UHGV virus genome: UHGV-0123226
Strand: one strand, 5' to 3'
Origin: a virus
DNA: 64,000 nucleotides
How positions within the stretch are numbered: the first letter of the stretch is position 1; every line of letters begins with the position of its first letter. The notes beneath the pieces are model-generated. The model was not told where the DNA came from, made no database searches, and was given only the letters and a program-made list of their open reading frames with translations. Shown here piece after piece: positions 37,419 through 47,371 of this stretch. The position numbers and the translations under genes were made by a program.

Positions 37419-38291
37419 TTATACTTCAATTAAATGGCTACCATCTGTTGGAGTTAACAATGCTTTTATCCCTTCATACAAACTCAAACAAAATGGAATT
37501 GCTGTCCAATAAAAAATAAAATATAGTAATCCTCTTTTAAATTTTTTAGCATAAAACCAATGAATTCCAAACATACCCAAGAATATTGCTAGTATCGAAA
37601 ATATAAATTTATTTACTATAACTTTATTAGTAAATGAGTTAGCTTCATTGTTCAAATTACTTATATTTTCTTCTTTCTCTAAGAATTGACTAATTTCAAC
37701 TTTAATATAAAATTTTCCAAATCCTTCTTTTATTATTGTTTCAACTTCAGTCGGTTCATTTAAAATAATTCCTGAATTTTTTGGTATATATCCTATCTTT
37801 CCACTTCTATTAATTTTTGCATTTTTTGGAGTAGGATGATTAGAATATACAGCTATAGCATTGGGATCATACTTATTATCAGGCTCTGGAACTAATGTTA
37901 AATTAAGATTGTGATAATGGTAACCGTACGTATTCCAAGTTTCTCCATTATCTTTTAAAACGTTTCTTAAAATTCGTTCAGCATCTGTATATTGAGTTCC
38001 TACTACTTCTACAATATAAGAGTTATTTGATTCATAGTTTTTGTTATTAACGTCATAATTAGTTTTATAATTCTCTTTATTTGAATTATTTATAGATGAT
38101 AAAGGATTAACTCCGAAAGTAGTTTTATTGTAAATTTTGTTATATGCTGCTTTTTTTGGATCTTTAATCCAACCAGTTCCTTTTTTACCATAACCAGGTA
38201 TCGTTGCTTTTTTAATAGATCTTTTGGCTTTACCTGTTGTTCTAGCTTTGATAGATTTTTTTATGCTTGGTTTTCTTGGTCCTATTTTCAT
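37419..38291 (-). CDS. HIRAN-domain protein fused to a C-terminal TM2 membrane domain, last gene of the cI-ImmA operon
   Basis: Lys-rich N-terminus; HIRAN hallmarks VVGTQY...LVPEPDNKYDPNAIAVYS...GKIGYIPK; TM2 hallmarks FLGMFGIHWFYAKKFKRGLLYFIFYW. Confidence 0.6.
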   Translation of the reverse strand: MKIGPRKPSIKKSIKARTTGKAKRSIKKATIPGYGKKGTGWIKDPKKAAYNKIYNKTTFGVNPLSSINNSNKENYKTNYDVNNKNYESNNSYIVEVVGTQYTDAERILRNVLKDNGETWNTYGYHYHNLNLTLVPEPDNKYDPNAIAVYSNHPTPKNAKINRSGKIGYIPKNSGIILNEPTEVETIIKEGFGKFYIKVEISQFLEKEENISNLNNEANSFTNKVIVNKFIFSILAIFLGMFGIHWFYAKKFKRGLLYFIFYWTAIPFCLSLYEGIKALLTPTDGSHLIEV

Positions 38292-38306
38292 TTTTATCCC
38301 TTCCTT

Positions 38307-38954
38307 CTATAAGCCCATTTTTACATAACTAATTAATTTTGTTGAATCATAGTTATATCTATATTGATTAATAGCTGATCTAGCTAAGCATGGATTTAAT
38401 AAAAATATTTTTGTTAAAAAATCATATAGCCTTACGTATAGTGCTGCAGCACTCATTTCAAATTCTTCGCAAATTTGACGGAAAGACATTCGTTTTCTTA
38501 AACATTCTTTCAATGCTTCATTGTTTATTAAAGCAAGGGATGCAAATATATTAGCTCTTATTTCTTTTGGTTCATCTTCGCTAGTGTATCCTTTTCCAGT
38601 AATTAAATCTGAAAAACTTTGAGACTTGCATTCCTTATTCATATCAAAAAAATAATGTGCAGATTCATGAAGTATTGAGAAATTTTGCCTTCCTTTAACC
38701 ATTGTTGAATTGTAGGAAATTCCGCATTTATCGTGAAATCTTATTATGTTTCCTGAAAATATTTTTCTTGAAACATCACCGAAACTATAGGGAATTATGT
38801 CAACATTTTCTACGTCAATCATATAATCTTTGTAGTGTTTCCATCTTAACTCTTTTAATTCAATTCCATAGTAATTGGCAACTTTTTCAATAATAATATA
38901 TGTCTGGTCATGATATTCAAAATAAGTATCGTAGTCTAAATACATAGGGGTCAT
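38307..38954 (-). CDS. ImmA/IrrE-family metallopeptidase
   Basis: HESAHYFFD HExxH motif; immediately downstream of the XRE repressor. Confidence 0.8.
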   Translation of the reverse strand: MTPMYLDYDTYFEYHDQTYIIIEKVANYYGIELKELRWKHYKDYMIDVENVDIIPYSFGDVSRKIFSGNIIRFHDKCGISYNSTMVKGRQNFSILHESAHYFFDMNKECKSQSFSDLITGKGYTSEDEPKEIRANIFASLALINNEALKECLRKRMSFRQICEEFEMSAAALYVRLYDFLTKIFLLNPCLARSAINQYRYNYDSTKLISYVKMGL

Positions 38955-38958
38955 CCAA

Positions 38959-39300
38959 TCATTTGTTTTTAAGTCTTGATTTCATGAATTCCAAGTACTC
39001 TTTTAATTCTTCCCTGAGCTGATCTTTTTCGGATTCGGTTAAATCTTCTGTATTTACACGGAAGAAAGTTGTAATTTCATCTTCCTCTAAGCTGTCAGAA
39101 TTTGGATTTTCAGTACGACCTAGTAGATAATCGGTAGTTACATCAAAATATTCAGCAACTTTTTCTAAGGTTTCTGCTTTAGGACTACTTTTTTTCCATG
39201 AATATATTGAGTTACGACTTAAATTCAATTTTTCTGCTAAATCAAATACGGACAATCCTTGTTTTTTTGCTAGATACGAAATCCTTTCAAATAAGGTCAT
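38959..39300 (-). CDS. XRE-family HTH repressor (CI-like)
   Basis: N-terminal HTH (ISYLAKKQGLSVFDLAEKLNLSRNSIYSWKK). Confidence 0.85.
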   Translation of the reverse strand: MTLFERISYLAKKQGLSVFDLAEKLNLSRNSIYSWKKSSPKAETLEKVAEYFDVTTDYLLGRTENPNSDSLEEDEITTFFRVNTEDLTESEKDQLREELKEYLEFMKSRLKNK

Positions 39301-39334
39301 TTTAGCATATTCTCCTTTGTTGAACAGTTATTTA

Positions 39335-39520
39335 ATACAAAACTTTTAACTTTTTTGTTTACAAATTAAAAGTTTTGTATTATCCTGTTCTTGTAAGTTA
39401 TTTAGATAGAAAAAAGCAAATTAAAAACACTACCTTTAAAGCATTAAGTTTGGCGACCGAGTGCAAAATAAAGGCTTTACTATGTTTTTTTCTATACACC
39501 GATAGTACAAAACTTTTAAC
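39335..39520. promoter_or_regulatory. operator repeats in the cI/cro intergenic region
   Basis: TACAAAACTTTTAACTTT at 39337-39354 and 39500-39517 (direct) and inverted aaagttttgta at 39371-39381. Confidence 0.5.
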
Positions 39521-39593
39521 TTTGTGTCAATAGTTTTGTAGTTTATTTTCTATCTAATTGACTTACTAAATACTAAAGAAAGGAGCATCGAAA

Positions 39594-39785
39594 ATGCCAG
39601 ATACATCAGTAAGCCGCCAAAAAATTCGTGATTACTTTGAAAGTAAGGGGATTTCTTTAGTCACTGTAGCAACATATTTTAACATTCCAAAACAGGACTT
39701 AAACGATTATCTTTCTGGAAAAAATCAAAGTAAAAAGGCTCACGAAACACTAACGGCTATTATTGAATACTACAAAATCAGATAG
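39594..39785 (+). CDS. Cro-like small regulator
   Basis: 63 aa, first rightward gene. Confidence 0.5.
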   Translation: MPDTSVSRQKIRDYFESKGISLVTVATYFNIPKQDLNDYLSGKNQSKKAHETLTAIIEYYKIR

Positions 39786-39788
39786 GAG

Positions 39789-40067
39789 GTGATAGTAATG
39801 GAAGTGATTTTAACTCCAGAAAATGAAGCTTCTCTAAGAGATTTTGTACACGGAATTATTGTTGATGAAATAGAAAAAGCACGAAGAGATACCGCAGTTG
39901 ATAAGCGAGTCTTAAATCAAACAGAGATTGCAAAATATTTCAATGTTTCCACAACAACAATAAGGGAATGGGAGAAGCTAGGGCTTCCGCATGGATCAGT
40001 AAGTAAACAAGGGAAGTTCTACGACAAAGAAGAGTGTCGCAGATGGCTTCTATCACAAAAAAGATAA
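39789..40067 (+). CDS. HTH DNA-binding protein (excisionase/MerR-like)
   Basis: LNQTEIAKYFNVSTTTIREWEKLGLPHG helix-turn-helix. Confidence 0.5.
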   Translation: MIVMEVILTPENEASLRDFVHGIIVDEIEKARRDTAVDKRVLNQTEIAKYFNVSTTTIREWEKLGLPHGSVSKQGKFYDKEECRRWLLSQKR

Positions 40068-40070
40068 ATC

Positions 40071-40304
40071 TTGGGCAAGCGAAATTTAAGGAGGTTTTAC
40101 AAAATGATTATTTGCTACAAAGGCGAAGATTTAAAAGTGCAAGAGACTTGTAGCACCTATGACAACATTTCAGTTGTGTTGTTTAAAGGGCAAAAACGAG
40201 TGTATAACCATCGAACGAATGAAATTGTTGGCGGCGATGAACGCTTGCCAGAAGCAAAAGCAATTCGAAATTTTAACGGTTCTGTGATGGTATTAGGGAG
40301 GTGA
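40071..40304 (+). CDS. hypothetical protein
   Basis: 77-aa ORF with RBS aaggaggtttt. Confidence 0.4.
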   Translation: MGKRNLRRFYKMIICYKGEDLKVQETCSTYDNISVVLFKGQKRVYNHRTNEIVGGDERLPEAKAIRNFNGSVMVLGR

Positions 40305-40516
40305 AAGCAATGAAAAAAGTTTATCAATCTCGTTTACTCGGAGCGTTCCTCGTTTTGGCTATATTTGGCGCTGTATTAGCGTTAAGCACTAATATAGGTT
40401 GGTTAGTGGCTATAGCAGGCAGTGCCAGTCTTACGTGGTTTGCGTATGACACAGAGGTCAAGTGGGATTTATACGAAAAATCTATAGGAAGGAGAAAAAA
40501 CTATGTTAACAGCTAA
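40301..40516 (+). CDS. small membrane protein
   Basis: 71 aa, two TM helices. Confidence 0.4.
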   Translation: MKAMKKVYQSRLLGAFLVLAIFGAVLALSTNIGWLVAIAGSASLTWFAYDTEVKWDLYEKSIGRRKNYVNS

Positions 40517-40697
40517 TGAAGCTTTTTTAGTACGTGAAGCAGTACGAGAAAAGATTGAAACGTTAAGAGATGCAGTACGTCACGAAAGTGCAAAGCATCC
40601 GACAATGCAAGACCTCCGCACGCTAAAGCATTTTCAAGCAGAACTAGAACGTTACGAAGTTGCTTATCAAAAAATGCTCAATGAAGTGGGGTGCTAG
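40503..40697 (+). CDS. hypothetical protein
   Basis: 64-aa ORF. Confidence 0.4.
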   Translation: MLTANEAFLVREAVREKIETLRDAVRHESAKHPTMQDLRTLKHFQAELERYEVAYQKMLNEVGC

Positions 40698-40807
40698 TTG
40701 ATGATTGCTGTATTGAAACAAAAAGAGCCTACCTCGTCCGCCAACGAAGTAAGCTGCTAAACAAAAAATATACAAGTAAATAATAACACGGAAAGTAGGA
40801 ATTTAAA

Positions 40808-41500
40808 ATGAAAAACTATTATCACGTAAAAACACAAGAAGCATACGATAGCTTAATGACTATTTTGGAAACGCTAGGGTATAGCTGGATTACTGGCAAT
40901 AAGCCAACAAAAATTGATATTTTTCATATGCTTGGAGCGGCAACAGTTATAGAGGTAGACGGAAAGAAAAAGAAATTAAAGTATATGGAAACTCATACCT
41001 TTAAACAAATTATCGAAATTGACGGTGTAAGCTTGATTGAATGGCCAGCAGTTGCTTCAAAAGAGAAAATTGAAGTCTCAAAAGAATTTGATGAATGGGT
41101 TCAGAAAAGTAAAGAAGCACATATTGATTATAAAAGTTGGTGTATTTGGCAAATTAATAAGATGGGATGGGGTCACTGGTTGGAAGATCCTATTACAGAT
41201 GAAATGTTGTTTGCTTCGGAAGGCTCCAAGTGGACGAAAGAAGTAGAAGAAAACAAAGAACTGCATACACGTGCGATTCTTGATGGTTACACAGTAAAAA
41301 AAGAACCAATGTATGAAATTCCCTTACCGTACACGGTAAATGCTACGGAAAAACAGCAATATTTATCTTACGACACTGAAAAGAATCATTTTGTTTGTGC
41401 AGCAAAATCAGACAAGCTAAAACATCACTTCACAGAAAAAGAACTAAAAGAAAAAGTACCTGAATTTTATCGGGAATTGGCGGTGAAAGTTGATGAGTAA
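40808..41500 (+). CDS. hypothetical protein
   Basis: 230-aa ORF, no recognisable motif. Confidence 0.4.
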   Translation: MKNYYHVKTQEAYDSLMTILETLGYSWITGNKPTKIDIFHMLGAATVIEVDGKKKKLKYMETHTFKQIIEIDGVSLIEWPAVASKEKIEVSKEFDEWVQKSKEAHIDYKSWCIWQINKMGWGHWLEDPITDEMLFASEGSKWTKEVEENKELHTRAILDGYTVKKEPMYEIPLPYTVNATEKQQYLSYDTEKNHFVCAAKSDKLKHHFTEKELKEKVPEFYRELAVKVDE

Positions 41501-41708
41501 TAAAAAGATAATACTTCCTGACTTTTTAACATTGAAGCAAAAAGAGCAGATATTAAAAGCATATAAACAGGGAAACCCAATCATTGTGAAAGGTGCGCAA
41601 GGGCCTACGGGAAAAACAACACTTATTAATTGCCTTAGAAAACAGGGAATTCAAGCATTTGAAGCGTGGGAATGTTTAACCATAACGTTAAATGATTTTA
41701 TTGAATGA
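41490..41708 (+). CDS. hypothetical protein
   Basis: 72-aa ORF. Confidence 0.35.
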   Translation: MMSNKKIILPDFLTLKQKEQILKAYKQGNPIIVKGAQGPTGKTTLINCLRKQGIQAFEAWECLTITLNDFIE

Positions 41709-41998
41709 GTGGACCAGAAAAGAAAGTTGAAAACCAGATAAAAAAATATCTCGATTCTTTAGGTGCCTATTATTTAAAAGTGCATGGTTCTATGTATCAA
41801 CCAGCAGGAACACCTGATGTTTTGGCTTGTGTTAATGGCCATTTTGTTGCTATTGAAGTAAAGCGGCCAAGTGGTGGGGTTGTCAGTGCATTACAAAAAA
41901 GCAAGCTGAAAAGAATCGAACAAGCAGGAGGGATAAGTATTGTCGCAAGAAGTGTGGACGATGTATCCACAATGCTCAAGCAAAGCAATGTTATATAA
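41705..41998 (+). CDS. VRR-NUC domain nuclease
   Basis: PD-(D/E)xK-type motif ...GTPDVLACVNGHFVAIEVKRPSG...; classic partner of the phage SNF2 helicase. Confidence 0.6.
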   Translation: MSGPEKKVENQIKKYLDSLGAYYLKVHGSMYQPAGTPDVLACVNGHFVAIEVKRPSGGVVSALQKSKLKRIEQAGGISIVARSVDDVSTMLKQSNVI

Positions 41999-43202
41999 CT
42001 TTCAAAAGAAAATAATTGATTCAATCGATGCCAATTATCTATTAGCAATGGATACAGGAACAGGAAAAACAATCACTGCAATTCATCAATATTTGAAATA
42101 TAGCAGAGGAGAACCAATTTTAATTGTTGCTCCACCGCAGAAAATCAAAGAAGGCGGATGGCGAAGAGATATACAGGCCGTGTGTGATTTCTACAAAATT
42201 GAAATTTCATTTACTGAACTAAGTTATGGAAAATTAACAGATAGTTACAAACTGTATAAAGGGTGGTTTGTCATTTTTGACGAAGCACATTATATCAAAA
42301 ATCCAACTTCACAACGTGGTAAAGCAGCTGCAAAACTAACAAAACAATCCAGTCATTTTCTTCTTTTAACAGCAACGCCAGCTAGTAACGGCTGGGAAGA
42401 TACGTACAACTATTTCATCATGTTTGGTTATTTCAAATCAAAAAAAGAAATGAATGACCAGCATGCAAAATGGGGAACAATGTATCTTGGTACACGACGA
42501 GTACCTAAAATTGAAGGCTGGATTCATGAAGAAAAATTGTATTCAAAATATGATTCTTTCACTATTTCAATATCGAAAGATGAAGCATTAGATTTGCCGC
42601 CATTGATTTTTGAAGATGTGAAATTCAAAAAGAGTAAAGAGTATATGACTGTGGCCAAAGATAGGGTACTAGGTGATGAAGAATATGATACACCATCTAA
42701 ATTGGCTCATGGGTTGAGATACTATGCGAACCAAAAAGACAAATTAGACTATGCCCAAATGCTTTGTGAAGGTACAGAAAACAACATCATTATCTTCTAT
42801 TACTATCAAAAAGAAATTGAAGCATTGAAAGAAAAAATTAAAAATAAAACATTTTTTGAAGTAAACGGCAAGCACTCTAATTTACCACCAAAGCAGTCTT
42901 GGAAATCATTGAAGAATAGTGTCACTTTTGTTCAATATATGGCTGGTAGCGCAGGAATTGAACTTCAATACGCGAATACAGTTATTTTCTATACACCAAC
43001 TTATTCTTATCAAGATTATAGTCAAGCGCTGGGCCGAGCTTATCGTAATGGCCAAACTAAGAAAGTAACGGTTTATCGTTTTATAACACAACAGACAATT
43101 GAACAAGCCGTTTACCAAGCCTTAGAAAACAAAGAAGATTTTTCAGAAGAATTGTATATGACTACAAGAGTGGGAAGTGAAGGAAGAATAGATGGAAGAT
43201 AA
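41940..43202 (+). CDS. SNF2/DEAD-like helicase
   Basis: Motif I AMDTGTGKT, motif II VIFDEAHYIKN, C-terminal helicase motifs (QALGRAYRNGQ). Confidence 0.8.
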   Translation: MSQEVWTMYPQCSSKAMLYNFQKKIIDSIDANYLLAMDTGTGKTITAIHQYLKYSRGEPILIVAPPQKIKEGGWRRDIQAVCDFYKIEISFTELSYGKLTDSYKLYKGWFVIFDEAHYIKNPTSQRGKAAAKLTKQSSHFLLLTATPASNGWEDTYNYFIMFGYFKSKKEMNDQHAKWGTMYLGTRRVPKIEGWIHEEKLYSKYDSFTISISKDEALDLPPLIFEDVKFKKSKEYMTVAKDRVLGDEEYDTPSKLAHGLRYYANQKDKLDYAQMLCEGTENNIIIFYYYQKEIEALKEKIKNKTFFEVNGKHSNLPPKQSWKSLKNSVTFVQYMAGSAGIELQYANTVIFYTPTYSYQDYSQALGRAYRNGQTKKVTVYRFITQQTIEQAVYQALENKEDFSEELYMTTRVGSEGRIDGR

Positions 43203-43434
43203 AACAAATTGGTTAGAAATCAAATTAACTTTTTTTAAGTCTACAGGAAAATTTTATTCGGAAGAATTAGTGCTTATTCCAAATAAATTATCTCTGTATG
43301 ATCGAAGAAAGTTTTTAGAAGAATATATAGAAAGCATTGATGGTAATGAAGTGTTCACATATGTTTCATTAGATTCAAGCGTAATTGGATATCCCTATAT
43401 GCGTTGTGCAAAAAAAGATTGGTATGAAGATTAA
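43192..43434 (+). CDS. hypothetical protein
   Basis: 80-aa ORF. Confidence 0.35.
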   Translation: MEDKTNWLEIKLTFFKSTGKFYSEELVLIPNKLSLYDRRKFLEEYIESIDGNEVFTYVSLDSSVIGYPYMRCAKKDWYED

Positions 43435-43445
43435 ATTGTGAGGGG

Positions 43446-43640
43446 ATGGTAAAAATGATGGATTTAAAAGAAGTATCAACAGAAGAGTTATTAAAAGAAC
43501 TAAAAAAAAGGAAAGAAATTCAATCTTATCAATGTGGTATTTATCAAGAGTACATGATTACTTTGATGAAAAAATATGACCACAAGTTGATTGAACTTCC
43601 ATCCCAATTTGAAACTTTAATTTTTATTTCTCCAAACTAA
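43446..43640 (+). CDS. hypothetical protein
   Basis: 64-aa ORF. Confidence 0.35.
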   Translation: MVKMMDLKEVSTEELLKELKKRKEIQSYQCGIYQEYMITLMKKYDHKLIELPSQFETLIFISPN

Positions 43641-43883
43641 TTCGTTGTTAACATAAGTAACTAAATTTTCATCAAGAGAATAGTATAAATATGCATTTTC
43701 AGCAGTAGAAATTGCAGCAGTTGATGCTCTCTTACTACTTAAATACTCTGTAATATCTTCAACACTATTAATCTTGTTGGGAAAATCTTTATCAGATAGA
43801 ACATCTCTGGCTAAATCTCCAATTGGATGATCTACACTTTCAAAAGTTTTTAACCATTTTTTGAATGTCAAAATAATCACCAC
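43617..43883 (-). CDS. YozE/UPF0346-like (SAM-like fold) protein, encoded antisense to the early operon
   Basis: FKKWLKTF...DHPIGDLARDVLSDKDFPNK...EDITEYL pattern typical of the YozE_SAM_like family; opposite orientation suggests a moron. Confidence 0.5.
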   Translation of the reverse strand: MVIILTFKKWLKTFESVDHPIGDLARDVLSDKDFPNKINSVEDITEYLSSKRASTAAISTAENAYLYYSLDENLVTYVNNELVWRNKN

Positions 43884-43926
43884 CTTTTAAATTAAATAAT
43901 AACACAATAAAGACAGGAGGAATAAC

Positions 43927-44838
43927 ATGTTTGGTGTGCAAAAGCAAGATAAAAATGTAACTGAAAAACGTACACAATATGTTGGTGGCTCAGATGTACC
44001 AGTTATTCTTGGCCTTTCGAAATATAAAACACAATTTGAATTGGCCAAAGAAAAAGCCGGCATTGTAGTACCAGAACAAATTAGCAATCCGTATATAAAT
44101 TTTGGTAACAAAATGGAGCCTGCTATACGTGAGTACATTAATACCATGAATAGCTTAAATTTTCATCCAGAAACATTTATAGATAAGGATGACTATATTC
44201 GTTCAAATGTTGATGGTATTGATAACGAAAATAAAATTTTATTGGAAATTAAAACACATGGAACAAAACCAACAATTGCTGTTTATGAAGCTCAAATGCA
44301 ACTTTATTTCTACCAAACAGGGTGCGATTATGGCTGGTTGGCCATGTATCAAAGACCAACAGATTTTGATTTAGAATTTGATTCTTCACTATTGAAAATA
44401 AAAGAAGTTGAACGCGACGAAGGACAAATTGAAAAGATTCTGGATTCAATCGAAACTTTTTGGATTCGTGTGGAATACTTAAAAGAAAAACCTGATATGA
44501 CTGAAACTGAATATTATTCTATCGGGAATGATGTAAATAAATTAGTTGCACGTGTAGAACGCTTTGAACTTGAAATGTTGGACTTTAACAAGAAAATTAA
44601 ACAATTAAAAGAACAACAAAAAGAGTTCCGTGAGCTTCTTTACCAAAAAATGGAAGAACAAGATATTAAAAGTATTGATACTGGCGACATTGTGATTACT
44701 CGTATTTTACCAACTATTCGTGAATCAGTTGATAGTACAACATTAAAAAAAGAAAAGCCTGATATTTACAACAAGTATTTAAAAAAATCACCAGTTAAAG
44801 GTTTTATAAAAATTACAGAAAGTAAAGGGGAAAAATAA
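43927..44838 (+). CDS. YqaJ-like (lambda Exo-type PD-(D/E)xK) recombination exonuclease with a C-terminal coiled coil
   Basis: YVGGSDVPVILGLSKYKTQFELAKEKAG YqaJ N-terminal signature; ...DGIDNENKILLEIKTHG catalytic region. Confidence 0.65.
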   Translation: MFGVQKQDKNVTEKRTQYVGGSDVPVILGLSKYKTQFELAKEKAGIVVPEQISNPYINFGNKMEPAIREYINTMNSLNFHPETFIDKDDYIRSNVDGIDNENKILLEIKTHGTKPTIAVYEAQMQLYFYQTGCDYGWLAMYQRPTDFDLEFDSSLLKIKEVERDEGQIEKILDSIETFWIRVEYLKEKPDMTETEYYSIGNDVNKLVARVERFELEMLDFNKKIKQLKEQQKEFRELLYQKMEEQDIKSIDTGDIVITRILPTIRESVDSTTLKKEKPDIYNKYLKKSPVKGFIKITESKGEK

Positions 44839-44839
44839 C

Positions 44840-45058
44840 ATGATTAGAAAATTACAAAATACACGAAAATTTTATGCTACTACACGGAAAGAAGCCGAAG
44901 AAGAAATTCAAAAAATTATTGATGAAACCGAAGGATCAGTGATTAAACAAAACATTGTTTCTAAAAACCATAAAGATTTTGGTGATTACTATGAAGCACA
45001 AGTGACCGAAGAATTTGCACGTAGCAAAGAAATTGTTGAAGGAGGATTTTTAGCATGA
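44840..45058 (+). CDS. hypothetical protein
   Basis: 72-aa ORF. Confidence 0.35.
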   Translation: MIRKLQNTRKFYATTRKEAEEEIQKIIDETEGSVIKQNIVSKNHKDFGDYYEAQVTEEFARSKEIVEGGFLA

Positions 45059-45972
45059 GTATTTTACCACCAAACAAACCACAAACTCCAAAAGATACAC
45101 CACGTAATTATTTTATCTGGGGGCCTACTATGGGTGGGAAATCTTTTCTAGCTTCACAATTTCCAAACCCAGTTATTTTTAACACTGATGGAAATGCAGA
45201 AGCAAACACTGTGCCATCCGTTCAGCTTAGAAATATTAAAGATTCAAACGGAAAGATTAAACGTTCAGTGATTGATCAGCTAGATAAATTAATTACTGCG
45301 TTACAGACTGAAAAACACACTTACGAAACAGTGGTTCTTGATGTAATTGACGATATTGTAGTAATGATAGAGCAATATATCTGTGACAAAGAAGATGTTG
45401 AAACTTTAGGTGATATTCCATACGGAAAAGGGTACGCAGCATTTACTAACATTTTTCAACAGCTGGTCATTGAATTGAAATCATTACCAATGAATGTTAT
45501 CTACATTTCAAGAAATGCGACAAAACTTGAAGGGACTACAGAAATTGAGATTCCCTCATTGAAAGAAAAACATCAAAATATTGTAAATGGTAATTGTGAC
45601 TTATCTATTCAATGTAAAAAAGTTGGAAAGAATTATATTCGAGTAGCAAAAGCACGTCGCAAAGACTATATGCGTGATCAAGTTGATGATGACACCATTC
45701 TAGGAATTTTAGATACTATCACTGGAGTTTTTGGACGAACAGCAAAAACAACGAAGAAAAAGCAAGATGAAATCGTTAAGCAATTAGAGCAAAACGAAGA
45801 TGTCTTGAAATCAGCAGAAGATACACCCAGTGAAAAAGCAACTGATGAAGTTAGTGAAACTAAGCCAACTAAACAAAAGGCAAAAGCGACAGCACCAGTT
45901 AATCAAGCGGCATCTAAAGTGGAACCAGCAAAAACAGCGAGTGTTCAACGCCGTATCAAACCAAAAATTTAA
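45055..45972 (+). CDS. AAA_24/Sak4-like phage ATPase
   Basis: Walker A GPTMGGKS, Walker B VVLDVIDD; basic Lys-rich C-terminal tail. Confidence 0.65.
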   Translation: MSILPPNKPQTPKDTPRNYFIWGPTMGGKSFLASQFPNPVIFNTDGNAEANTVPSVQLRNIKDSNGKIKRSVIDQLDKLITALQTEKHTYETVVLDVIDDIVVMIEQYICDKEDVETLGDIPYGKGYAAFTNIFQQLVIELKSLPMNVIYISRNATKLEGTTEIEIPSLKEKHQNIVNGNCDLSIQCKKVGKNYIRVAKARRKDYMRDQVDDDTILGILDTITGVFGRTAKTTKKKQDEIVKQLEQNEDVLKSAEDTPSEKATDEVSETKPTKQKAKATAPVNQAASKVEPAKTASVQRRIKPKI

Positions 45973-46022
45973 AAGACAACAAAAAAATAAAACTAAAAAT
46001 ATATTGAAAAGAGGAATTTAAC

Positions 46023-46535
46023 ATGGGATTAAAAGATTTAGCAAGTGAAGTATTAGCAGGATTCGATCCAAAAACAGACAATCCAAATGCAGGAGATTTT
46101 GATGGACTTCCTGATGGTGAATATGATGTAACGTTGGGAAATGTAGAGCATAAAATTTTCAATAGTGGCTGGGAAGCTTTGTCTTTCACAAATGAAGTCA
46201 CTATTGGTGAAGCTGCAGGACGAAAGGAATTTATTAACTTAGGTTTTGATGAAAATGCAGTAAAACCATTTATTTTAAATAAAAACATCAAATTAGTAGG
46301 GAAACTGGCAAGCGTTGTTGGTTTGCAATTGACTGATGATGATTGGGAAGATGAAGAAACACTTGCCGCAGCTTTTCAAGATGTAATCGGTAGTCAATAT
46401 ATTTTAGTGATTACCTCATCACCAAATAAAAAAGACCCATCAAAACCATATAAAAATTATGATTTTGTTGCGTATGAAGATGAATCAGAAGCCGATGATG
46501 TGTCTGTTATTTCTGATGAAGAAATTCCATTTTAA
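46023..46535 (+). CDS. DUF669-like acidic protein (AAA_24-associated; putative ssDNA-binding)
   Basis: 170 aa, acidic, immediately follows the AAA_24 ATPase as in many Firmicutes phages. Confidence 0.45.
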   Translation: MGLKDLASEVLAGFDPKTDNPNAGDFDGLPDGEYDVTLGNVEHKIFNSGWEALSFTNEVTIGEAAGRKEFINLGFDENAVKPFILNKNIKLVGKLASVVGLQLTDDDWEDEETLAAAFQDVIGSQYILVITSSPNKKDPSKPYKNYDFVAYEDESEADDVSVISDEEIPF

Positions 46536-46559
46536 AAATTAGGAAAGAAGGATTTTATT

Positions 46560-47370
46560 ATGAGCGAAAACAAATTAGTTGGTTTAGGAATTGGTGCAGT
46601 AGTTGTATTAGGTTTAGGGACAGTAGGAGCGTTTAAATTCTTTGAAAAAATTGATAATGGCTATGTAGGTGTCCGCTACTCAATGAATGGCGGTGTCCGT
46701 GATGAAGTACTTACGCAAGGGGTAAAATTTGTAGGACTTGATAAAGTTACTCAATATCCAATTCGTTTACAAACGATCCAAGCAAAAGATGTTTCAGTTT
46801 CAACATCTGATGGTAAAAAAAACAACGGTAAATATTAAATATGATTACAAAATCGATGCAACAAAAGCTGCAAAAATGTACAAAGAATTTGGCAATATTA
46901 CCAGTGAAGATATTGAAAAAGGCTGGCTAAAATCAAAGCTACAGAAAGAAGCTCGTGAAGTTTATTCAAAATATAGCTTGCTTAGTGTCTTATCAGGCGA
47001 TTCTTCAAAAGTGGAAGCTGCTTTATTGGAAAACTTTTCTAAAGCTGTAGAAAGCAAAGGTTTTGAAGTAGAAGATGTCACAGTGGGTGTACCAGAAGTA
47101 GATACTGACACACAAAAATCGATTGATGCGATTATCCGAGCTGGTCAAGAAAATGAAAAAGCAAAATTAGATGCTGAGACAGCAAAAACGCAAGCAGACA
47201 GTGAAGCATATAAGAAAACTAAAGCAGCCGAAGCAGAGGCAGAAGCGAACAAAAAAGTAGCTGAATCAGTAACAGATGAATTGATTCGCTATACAGAAGC
47301 GCAAGCACGACAAAAACATGGCTGGGTTACAACAAATGGAGCCAATACAGTAGTTAAAGAAGGAAACTAA
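46560..47370 (+). pseudogene. SPFH/band-7 (prohibitin/stomatin-like) membrane protein interrupted by a +1 frameshift in an A8 homopolymer
   Basis: N-terminal TM plus SPFH beginning (VGVRYSMNGGVRDEVLTQGVKFVG) in ORF 46560-46838; continuation (NIKYDYKIDATKAAKMYKEFGNITSED..., coiled-coil C-terminus) in ORF 46738-47370; the two frames join if the A8 run at 46815-46822 were A7. Confidence 0.6.
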
Positions 47371-47371
47371 A

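Noticed and set aside
46738-46858. Treating 46738-47370 as an independent gene starting at MIKLLNIQ...
   Set aside because: Its conserved SPFH sequence only begins after the A8 tract, and the upstream part of that frame overlaps the first SPFH half. It is better explained as one gene with a frameshift.
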